Positions 53,845 to 64,000 of a stretch of DNA of 64,000 bases are shown in pieces (the stretch's first letter is position 1; each line of letters opens with the position of its first letter). The translations under genes were made by a program, and so were the position numbers. The stretch is from Perna viridis (Eukaryota). The notes beneath the pieces are model-generated. The model was not told the origin of the DNA. It did no database searches and saw only the letters and a list, made by a program, of their open reading frames with translations. Location of the stretch: positions 8,370,001-8,434,000 of the forward strand of contig CM074517.1 in assembly GCA_037379345.1 (NCBI GenBank), written 5' to 3'.

Positions 53845-54277
53845 CTGAGTGTTATAAATGTCTTGATATTTTTGCTCTCATAAAAATAAATAAGAACAAT
53901 GAAAGAACTTAATTTTGGATATATAGAGCTTTTATCTGCAACTTTTATTTGTTTTGTACTCCTTGCCAGCTGATTAAAGCAGTTGAACCTCGAAAATTAT
54001 TTATTCTAACCATAGCAACCAGTCTGCTTGTTTCTGAAATTTGAGGTATAAAATAAGGAAACGAGTGTTTCCAAACAAGTGTCATTATCAAATAACGAAA
54101 GATGAAGTAAAAAACACATTAATCATAAATTTTATAAAGAGATAGAGCATCAGTTTTATACATTATATCTGTGCTTCCTGATAAATCATAATGCAGAAAG
54201 GGGTGGCTCCTAGAAAACGGCCACAAGTGTCAAGTGAAAAAAATGATGACACCAAGGCCACTTGTATTTATATTGAT

Positions 54278-54490
54278 NNNNNNNNNNNNNNNNNNNNNNN
54301 NNNNNNNNNNNNNNNNNNNNNNNNNNNNNNNNNNNNNNNNNNNNNNNNNNNNNNNNNNNNNNNNNNNNNNNNNNNNNNNNNNNNNNNNNNNNNNNNNNNN
54401 NNNNNNNNNNNNNNNNNNNNNNNNNNNNNNNNNNNNNNNNNNNNNNNNNNNNNNNNNNNNNNNNNNNNNNNNNNNNNNNNNNNNNNNNNN
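54278..54490. other. Assembly gap (213 N)
   Basis: Run of n characters. Confidence 1.
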
Positions 54491-54930
54491 NAAATTTATA
54501 ATCAAAACAACAATAACAAAAATATATTATACAAGTTTGTGATACAGCACATTCATTTAGATAAACAATTCTTGCTTTTCAGTCACTTTTTTAAATAATA
54601 AGTTGTCGTAGTCATAATCTATGTATTAACAGCATTTCATTAGATGTAGCAATATTTAAAACACGGCTAACACATCACGAAAAAAAAAAACATTTTGTTT
54701 TACAGTATTTCTGCCCCTAATATCGAACATCTTATTTCTACGGTCGACAGTTGTTCGTCCATTTACACCTAACTAGAGGGTGCATCTGAATAACAACTAT
54801 TTAAATTAAATTTAAAACAAAATGTTTTAATTTTGTCAACTTTTGATTTTAATATAAGTATCCTTCATGATATATGGGCAAAACAAATAAGATTCAATTT
54901 TATGTATATTGTATGTGGGAAAAAAGGTCT

Positions 54931-57900
54931 TTAACCTATTCATACCAAAATGATCATTTTGGCAACCTTATCCACAGGGCGCAATTATCCTGAAGGATAC
55001 ATGGATTTCTTTTTTAGACATAATTTTTCGAAATACACATACGTACGTTAAAATAACTAAACATGTCAAAAATAATTGACTGACATTTAAGAATCCTCTT
55101 GTTGATTTTATCAGAACCTGGTTTTGTTATCAATAAAGCCTATCAGATGTTTTTTACTAAATAAATACGGAATTTCTTTCGAACTTTTCACAAAATGGCG
55201 GTCGATATTTGTTTAACATTTATCAAATTGTTTCGCAAGATTGCCAATTGTAAATTGGCAAACAATGGAAAATTAAACATATTTAATGGTTGGAAATCGT
55301 GCGACAAATCCTCGCCTCGTGAAGACCGCAAAATATAATCGAACAGCCTTCCAAACAGGTGCCCGTTTTGTTCGTTTTAAATCCGAAAGACTTCCGAAGA
55401 GTTTCATCGTAGCAAACAGTTCCATTCGACACAAAAGAGTTTTAAAATGATAAAAAATATTGTATACGCAGTTATTACCTCTTGTTTATTTCAATTTATT
55501 TCTCAAATCACAAAACGTGTTCTAATAGTAGAACGGGAAGGCCCTATCACTAGATAATTAAGTAAACAATATGGCTGTCCGCGATTCAGTAACACTAGAT
55601 GGATCGAGGAAAGACGCAAAATATAAGCTGTTTTACGGTTTAAAATTATATCTTTTTTTGAGTAATTTATATCATGATGCATGTAGCCAGGTTGCACTTT
55701 GTTGTGTCTGTAATTATTTTATGACATCTCTGTCAAAAATGTCGTCTGCTTCTGATGAAATTGATGGTTTTAATGCAGCTGAGGTTCAGTAAGCTGAAGC
55801 TATGCTTCGAAGGCTACTGCAATAAAAAGGTATAAGGGATGATGATACTGATGCTGATGGTAAATAAGTTCTAAAAAAATCTGATACTGACGGTTTCCCT
55901 GGCCCGGAAGGTGATGCCCAGTTGAATAATGTTTGGCATGATGACTTTGTGTATCATAAAAGAGGTTTTTCTCAACTTTTAAATCCATAGCACTATGTAC
56001 AGGGCCAATAACGAAAATGGGGCAATAGAAAGATCCTCTTCACCTCTTTAAATTGCAGCAGTCATTCAATTTCTAGTCACAACAACTGACCGGTATACCC
56101 AGTTACAAAAAGTTTTGCATCCAAATGAAAAAAAATCATGGTCTAGTCCAACAATACGTGAGATGAGTGCTTTTCTTGGGCTCTGTTTCATGATGGGAAT
56201 TTGGTCGTAAACCTTTAATAAAGATCTATTGGTCGACTGATTCATTTCTTCGTTCTACTTTATTTTCACAAAGTATGAGCAGAGATTACAGTTCAGACAA
56301 AATATGCCTAAACAAAACTTATAAATGGGAAGTAAAAGCATGGGTCAACCATTTTCCTCATTTATTCCGGTAGAAATTGAAACCAACAAGAAAATCTTTG
56401 GTAAAAGGGTGTCTAAAGAATTCAAATTTGACTAACAAGGGTTATCATGTTTATACCGATTACTGTTTTACCAGCTCTAAATTTTTTCTCTGATTTGTAT
56501 GAAAATGTTGGAACGTCAGCTTGAAGCACTGTGAAATTCAACAAAACAGGTCACCCTAGAGACATAATGTGCAAAATAAAAACTGTTTGCATTAATGAGA
56601 GAGGTGATGTGAAATTTCGGTCAAAGGGATGTCTTGTTGGAAGGACAAGAACATTATCTACATGTTGTCCACTATATATGACAATGGAACATGAGCGGTT
56701 CAAAGCACAGTATGAATTGATGATTAGTTGATGAAGTACGTAAGACCACACCGAACAAAATTAAAATAGATCACTTAAATATTAATAGTCTTAGAAACAA
56801 ATATGATGAGGTTAGAACAATGTTAACTGATAACATTAGAAACAAAATTGGACAGCTCTTTCAGAGAATCTCTTTTTGACGCTGATGGGTTCTAGCTCCA
56901 GTGCAAAGTCAGAGATAAACATGGCGGAGGCCTGGCAGTCTGGATAAGGGGAATATTCCACCCAGGAGACGTAAAATGAACAACTTGGTATCTTGGTGTA
57001 TGATGTAATGCTTGATAGTATGAAATGACTAATTTATGGTGTCTACAAACTACCATCAATGCAAAATGACACATTAGTAAAATTATAGACCGAGGTATTC
57101 ACCATTGTGAAAATAATATTGTTGTAGGAGATATCAACTACGACATGACTGCTGTAGATAAATCGCAAACTCTGTTCGACCTCTGCAAATTGTGTAATAT
57201 GAATAACCTAATATCAGAACCATTCTGTTATAAAAGTAATTGTTATCCTTCTTTAGTGGAGGTATTTGTTTATTTTTACAAATAAGCTAAACATTTATGA
57301 AAAACCAATTAAGAGCAATACTTGTATAAGTGATTGTCACCACCTAGTATCTACATTTAATATCTAAAATTTAATATGTCAATTCTAAAACCTCAGAATT
57401 GCACATATAGAAATTTCCAAAAAGTTGATATGAATAGTTATCAGGAGGATTCACCAAAAAATATAATATAACCTCTTCATGAATATCAACCAAACATTGA
57501 TGTGAATGAGCAATACAATATTTCACAGATGACTTATCTCGGATAGAAGATAAACATGCATTTATCAAATCTAGGCTTCATAGGAAACAAACTGTACCCT
57601 ACATGAATTCAGAGATTAGAAAAGCAAATTATCAGATACAAATGCTGAGAAACAAATTTGAAAAATTTAGAACAAATTGTAATGGGGAGAAATTCAGAAA
57701 ACAAAGAAATTAGTGACAAAGTTAAAAAGAAAGTCAATTCAGCTGTACTTTTTAAAGAGTTCTGCTGGTGGTTAGAAATCCAGGATTTCTGACCACCAAT
57801 AAAACCATTTTTGTCTAAAAAAGAAAATCAGGTCAGCAAAACAGTATACTGAAATGTAAAAATAGTATTAAAAATAAACGTACAAAGGTATATGACACTT

Positions 57901-60104
57901 TTAATAATTTCTTGTAAATGACGCACAAGATATGAGAAAAGGAGTTTCATATAACCCAAAAACATATCCAAGCATAAAAGCAATAAAAAACAAACCAAGC
58001 ATCCCGGCAGAATCAAATGGTTTTTTTTCAAAGTCTAAAAACATTAAAAGACTCGGGATTTTCAGTAACCAAATTATGAAGAGGTATCTGAAATAATATC
58101 AAAAATTGATGTCAAAAAAGCAACTGGAGTTGACAACATTTCAGCAATATTATTGAAGGCAGGTGCCTCTGTTTTAATTTCTTATATAACAACTCTTTTC
58201 AAATCTTCTTTTAAACGTGGTTTGTTTCCTGATAAATTGAAACTTCACCAAGTGACAACATTGTTCAAAATGAACCTCTAGAAGTAAAACAAAAACACCG
58301 TCCAGTAAGTATACTGTCAATATTTTCAAAGATATTTGAAAATATTATATCAAATCAATTATCTGAGTATTTTGATAGTTTTTTTCACAGTTTCTTAGTG
58401 CACTTAGAAAAGGGCATTGTTGCCAAACAACATTATTAAGATTGTTAGAAGATTGGAAAGCAGCATTAGATAAAAAAATCTATTTCATAGCAACAGTATT
58501 AATGGATTTGTTAAAGGCATTTTACTGTCTTCCTCGTGAGATCTTATTGTGTAAATTATAAGCATATGGTTAATCTGGGTCACCAGTCATTCTTTTGAAA
58601 AAAATTTTATCTAATAGCATGCAACAAATTAAAATAGAAGGTATTGTGCGCCAATGAGCATGCATTAGTTAATGTGTTCCACAATAGACCATACTTGGTC
58701 CTTTGCTATTATACAGTTATGCAGATGACAATACATTAGTTTTTGCTTATCCCGACAATGCTTTAATTGATACTTTAGGAGAAGAATGTCTTACTTTAAC
58801 AGTCTGCTTTAAAATAAACTGTATGCAAGCTAATGCTGACAAGTTTCAGGCTCTGGCAGCAGGAAACAAAACTCACAAAAATAATCCGGTATTCAATATA
58901 GACGCTGCCAATATATCATGTGATGAAATCGTAAACTTTCTTGGTTTAAATATTAATAATGAACTGAATTTTAGTAGTCACATAAGGAGCTTGTGACGAA
59001 AGGATTCACAGATATTTCATGTTTTAAAACATATTGGCTCATATTTCTCTCGGCTTAATAAATTAACAATTTTTCACACTTTCATATTATCTAACTTTTA
59101 CTTTTGCCCTTTGACTTGATATTTTTGTTCCAAAACTAACACAATAACGCTAGAAAAAATTCAAGAGCGTGCACTTTGGTTTTTGTACAATGACTATGCC
59201 AGATTTTATTACTGCAAACATTCCATCCCTTCACATTAGAAGTATGAGAATAATGGCAATAGAAACATTCAAAATTTTGCATAGAATTGCTCCTCCCTGT
59301 CTTGATAATATGGTTCATTTTAAAAATAGTAATTACAGTTTTCGATATTCTAATATTGTAGATATACCCAGAGTTCGTACAATATTTGGAAAACGGGCAT
59401 TCAGATATAGTGCTGCAGTTATTTGGAATGACTTACCCGAGGATATCAGAATTTTAATCAATTTACAAATCTTTAACAGTCCTGAAACGGAAACATCTGT
59501 AGTTACGATATGTTCGTCTTAATTCTTGTGTCTGGTAATATCAGATATGTTGTTTCAATCCAGCTTTAAAATTTTTATTCATCTGCATGCTTTTTAAAAA
59601 AAAAAACATATTTTTGTGTTACTGCTAGTGCTTTGTTGTTAACCATATGTGTTTTTGTTTTTTGTTTTTTTGCTTATTAATATGCATGCCTTTCATTTTA
59701 TAGTAATACTTATCTTAAGCTTTGTATACATACATGCATGTGTGCTGTTTATTTATATATTTCGGCATAAAGCTTTTCAAAGCTTGTGTTTGTCTATTTG
59801 TGTACATACTGACTCTCAATTAAACTTGTCTTATTTCCTATTGTTATTATAATCACGGGCCAACCAATACTTTGAATAGCATCACTGATACTTGTTCTTT
59901 TTCCCTGTTAATGTCAATTGCATTAAGTGTAAAGAAAAATTCCATTTAGCTGGGATATCAATTGTGACTTTTGGAAAATGGCACCCCTAACTCCTTCATG
60001 CTACGACGCATTTTGAATTAATTCTCTAAGGCGACGTAGCTGCAATGATTAACTCGGCACTGGAAGTTCGCCAAAAAATATTGATTCAGGGTTGAAAGTG
60101 TTAA
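54931..60104 (+). mobile_element. piggyBac (PGBD4-like) transposon relic, interrupted by a LINE
   Basis: Transposase remnants at ~55740-56650: EMSAFLGLCFMMG, YWSTDSFLRSTLFSQSMSRD, FRQNMP..KWEVKAW, NKGYHVYTD, TVKFNKTGHP. Candidate ends are TTAA-cctattcatacc (54931) and gggttgaaagtg-TTAA (60104). The TIR match is weak, so the ends are tentative. Confidence 0.7.
56755..59850 (+). mobile_element. Decayed CR1/L2-group LINE (nearly complete ORF2) nested in the piggyBac relic
   Basis: HLNINSLRNKYDEVR, RDKHGGGLAVWI, IVVGDINYD, ISDCHHLV (APE); KKATGVDNIS, RPVSILSIFSKIFE, LMDLLKAF, VPQ*TILGPLL, YSYADDNTL, MQANADKFQ (RT); FGKRAFRYSAAVIWN. Tail aattaaacttgtcttatt. Confidence 0.9.
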
Positions 60105-61783
60105 ACGATGTTAAAAGGTAACGAAAGTATTTAAGTCTATTACTGCTCTCCATAGTGACGGTTCATTTTATGAAATGGCAGCAATGTCTCTGTCTGTCTA
60201 TCATAAGGTTAAAAATAAAGATTTACTGTTCATGTTTAAGAAAGGTTTAAATTTCATGTTTGCTGAAATACTTAATGTTGCAAAATACATCGTTTCAGAA
60301 AATTTAAAATGAGGTTCGTTTGACAGTAGAATTGAAATAATCTCACAACTCTGTATTAACAGATAATTTAACAGAAAGTCCCGTCTCCGGCAAATGAAAG
60401 TAAACACAAATCAACCGCGGTTAGGACATATTAGTTCGTAATTGGCATGTAGAAATAAATAAATGAATAGATATACAATATGATTGCAAAGATCCAGAGA
60501 TATAATATAAGATGGAGTAATCAAAATGGTAATCAATAAGAATTTAACCTTTGACCTTAGGAGCACTGAGAGCCTAATTTCAGTCGAACAGAAATTAGCC
60601 TGTAATATTGAGTGAGGATCTTTACTAGATTTGTATCTTAAAAAAAAACAAAACAAAGTGTTTATCCTTTTAAGTAGCGGTCTTTATAAAACAAAATCAG
60701 ACATGCGCGTCAAAAACCAAACAAAGTTAGTTTTATTTCTTGTTCAGAAACAGTAACTGATTACATAACCAATCTTAGTTTTTTATATGGTTGTTGTGTT
60801 TTCGACATAAAAAATATATAGATTGTACATGAAATTTGCTCTTTGCAAGAGTTATCGTTATTGATGTCGTTTCATTTGGTTGATTTTAGTGGGAGATAAA
60901 TGTATAGTTTTCTAAAAAGCGCAGATCTAAATGCAGAAATGGTTATCGTTATGTGAATATATAGCATATGTAGACCGCATCATTTGTTTGGTGTTTTTTT
61001 TCTACACCAAAAATCACTTTACCGTAGGCAGTGGCTAAATTTTCTGTGGACTTGTACTTAAGCACACATCTTTTAGTTTTGTTGATTTGTGTAGAAAAAT
61101 AAGTCCTAGTTGATGTAAACATATAAATGTATAATCATAAAAAAATCCAAAACATTCAACTTCGTCCTTTGAAAGGATACATCTGCGTCATATTTTTGTA
61201 CAGTAATATTTTATGAATTGAACGTCAAATCAATTTTGTCTAGATACGGTACAGATTGATTCACAGTCTTTACACAATTGTAAAAGTATAAACATTTCTT
61301 GCGCCAAATTCACACATTGTATATCAATCACAGCAACCTCTTCGAACTTAAGTTAATGAGTTTACTTTCACTCGTCGTTGCATCTTACCGTGTTCGTATG
61401 TTTTTATATCAAAGAGTAATTATAAGTTATATATTTCAACATATAGCAGCAGTTAAATACAAATACAAATGCCAGACAACAATAATGTTTTATTAGTGCT
61501 GTGGACAGGTATCAAAAAGTGCGTTAGTTTTCGAGTTTAATGGGCCTAGAGGGTATACGGCTATATTATATGTCAATGGAAAGATAAATCAATGCAGTTT
61601 TTGAATATCCTTCTTTTTAAACTGAAAAGTGGTAGAATTTTCAGCCATTTTCCATTAACTAGAGGTGGGGTCTAAGATCAAATTTACCCAATACCCTTTG
61701 ATAAGTAATTTAAGTGAAATAATTTATTGTAGGTATTAGAAAACAAGTAACATGTAAAAGTCACATGTATAGAATTTCAAAAA

Positions 61784-61965
61784 TGGTCCATGCTCCCAGT
61801 TTTTACTGGAGTCCGAGTTGCTCATTGGCTTTTCTTTACTTTGAATGTAGGATTTTAGTTACTTTATGTTCTTTGTTGTGTATGTCTGTTTTCCATGTCT
61901 GGTCTTTGTCCCTGGATTGCATTCTTTTGATGACCCTATAGCCTTGGTTCCCATGATTACTCTTT
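61784..61965 (+). mobile_element. Penelope-like 3' UTR fragment, 5'-truncated
   Basis: tggtccatgctcccagtttttactggagtccgagttgctcatt...ttcccatgattactcttt, with tttcaaa on both flanks. Confidence 0.85.
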
Positions 61966-62052
61966 CAAATAAAATCGGCCTTTACTATCATATAGACTGC
62001 GGAAAAGTTTCCAAGTTATGAATTGCTTATTTCCGATTCCTAGATTTTACAG

Positions 62053-62135
62053 CATCTTCGTTAGGCCAGGGTTACGGTCATGCCCCTTCAATTGTGTGAA
62101 GGGAGGGACAAGACCGTAACCCTAGGGTAGCAAAG
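62053..62135. mobile_element. 83-bp palindromic mini-MITE with 8-bp TSD
   Basis: Direct repeat ttttacag at 62045-62052 and 62136-62143. Internal perfect arms agggttacggtc / gaccgtaaccct. Confidence 0.7.
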
Positions 62136-63778
62136 TTTTACAGTTGTGATCCCATATTCAATTTAATTCTTTTTGGTATTTAGATTATAACAAAACAGAG
62201 TCAGTGTGAACTATAAATTGGCTCACTTATTCATTGTATGCGTGACTCATACATGCTTACTGCCCGAAAATTAAAACCATGATATTGTAATTGTTCAAAA
62301 CAACTTCCCTACTTTGTCAAAATATGACAATAGAAGTAACGCACAATTCAATGCACAAATCACTTACTACAACTGCTCTGTACATGTAAGTTTAGGACAA
62401 CTTATAGACAGTAAATATAGATTGTTTCCATGTTTTTAAACGTCTTGATCACAGCCCTTCTTTTTTTAATATTCTTGATCCGCCCCTGGCCTGGACAGTG
62501 ATGTTTCCTTTGAACTAATATTCTATAACAACTATGTTACCATTGTGTCCTATTCATACGACTACATAAACTGGAGTCTTTTTGAGAGGTAAAGCAAATC
62601 TTAGAAGATTTTATTGCATCTGAGCTTCTTTCTTCTTTTTGTGTTAGAATTTTTACAAGGAATCTAGGTTTTTTTATCAACTCGTTTAGTATAATCCGTT
62701 CAGAGCAGCGGCGGATCCAGAGGGGGTGCATGGGATATTGTCATTTTCATTTGTAAAATTGACAAAAATGAGTAATAATATCCTAGTACACACACACAAC
62801 CTTTTCTGATGAACCCCGTCCTTTTCACATTATGGATATTTCATTACAAGCATCAGTCTGGCGCACAGTTAAACATCATAAGACATAAATATTGTGACAA
62901 CATGCATTTGCATGTTTGCACATGCTTCACTGCAAAGTTCACACTTTATGTTTTGTCAACTTTATTACGAAATCCAGCCTTACCATAAACCCCCAAGTTT
63001 TTTTTGTACATTTTTGTTTGAGAATCCTGATACATGGTTAAATCTTTAAGGTTTTATTTGAAGTCCAATCATATAAAGACAAATGAAACAAATACAAAAA
63101 AAAAATATGTATGATTTTTGTATGTGCAAAATTAAATTTCAAAACCTGAAGTCTTTTAATCAAAACGTACATGTGTCTCTGTCAAACAAATTGTCCGGAA
63201 ACGATTCCGTGTTATACAATTTTAGTACAATTAATAGTTCAAATATGTGGAAATTTGCAACTTCAAACTCATTTTGCAAAGCACATGTTGCAGATCGAAT
63301 CGAGAACGTTGAGTTTATTTTATTTGTTATTTAGTAACGAATATTTAGATATACATTGTAATTTTCTACGGTGTCTTATTATCTCTTAATCATTGAAAAA
63401 GCGCTAAAATGAAACCAATTTTAGGGTCACTTTTGTTATGTGGTTAATAGTCAACTTTTGACACATTCATGAAATTCTATACATATGATCTTTACATATT
63501 ACTTGTTTTCCGTTACGTACAATGAACGATTTCACTTAAATCACTTATCAAAGTGTATTGGGGTCGACTGATCCTTGACCCCTCCTCTAATTAATGGAAA
63601 ACCGCAGAACACTCTACCATCTTTCTGTTAAAAAAGAATGATATTAAAAAAATACATTGAATTATCTTTCCATTGACATATGATACGGCCATATACCCTC
63701 AAGGCCCATTAAAGTTCAAAAAATCCTCAGCCGTCCGCAGCACCACATAAGGTTAAAATCCTGAACATTGAAGGTTCT

Positions 63779-64000
63779 TCACTGAGGTCTTATTTTCATT
63801 GATATAGATTTTAAAGCATCAAAATTTCTAAAACCTCTCCAGTGGATTGAGTCGATTCCTGAATATCCAGCCGATTTATACAATCCGTTTGGATTAGAGG
63901 CAGTACAACCTCTATACCACCAACCTCCCATACGGCTGTCCCTAGCACAGTGTAAACTCATCGACACATCATTGTCTTTGTCTGGCGTCGAAAACATCAT
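63779..64000 (-). CDS. 3' end of a fibrinogen C-terminal domain (FReD/FIBCD/ficolin-like) protein gene, partial
   Basis: MFSTPDKDND...HCA....GGWWYRGCTASNPNGLY...IHWRGF....LKSISMKIRP* is the canonical FBG domain terminus. The rest of the gene lies beyond the window. Confidence 0.93.
   Translation of the reverse strand: MMFSTPDKDNDVSMSLHCARDSRMGGWWYRGCTASNPNGLYKSAGYSGIDSIHWRGFRNFDALKSISMKIRPQ

Noticed and set aside
54191-54598. ORFs spanning X runs
   Set aside because: Artefacts of the N gap.
62450-62735. Complete MITE from gatccgcccctg (~62477) and cagcggcggatccag (~62706); similar motif at ~29160
   Set aside because: The TIR-like motifs point away from each other and no TSD pairs them. They are remnants of separate decayed copies.

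Overview
AT-rich eukaryotic (animal) genomic DNA. The repeat repertoire points to a mollusc, probably a bivalve; this is inference. There is no operon structure, rRNA, intact tRNA or CRISPR array. Host genes: (i) the last two exons of a DBH/MOXD1-like copper type II monooxygenase (+, 2425-2521 and 6451-7069, splice phases match); (ii) a predicted orphan secreted protein on the - strand (UTR exon ending 23691, coding exons 23443-23623 and 11640-11828) with a signal peptide, two CxxxC motifs and KR sites; (iii) the 3' end of a fibrinogen-C-domain gene at the right edge (-). Most other recognisable sequence is mobile-element debris. This includes about ten fragments of one Penelope-like family with the GIY-YIG endonuclease N-terminal to the RT (Naiad-type), three copies of a ~500-bp SINE-like retroposon with TSDs and a structured non-tRNA head, two decayed CR1/L2-group LINEs, a decayed L1/Tx1 LINE, a piggyBac relic split by a LINE, a BEL/Pao gag relic, MITEs, mini- and microsatellites and a 213-N gap. 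Best leads for something undescribed: the orphan twin-CxxxC prohormone-like gene, the candidate ribozyme-like head of the SINE, and the conserved multi-branched RNA structure in the Penelope-like 3' UTR.
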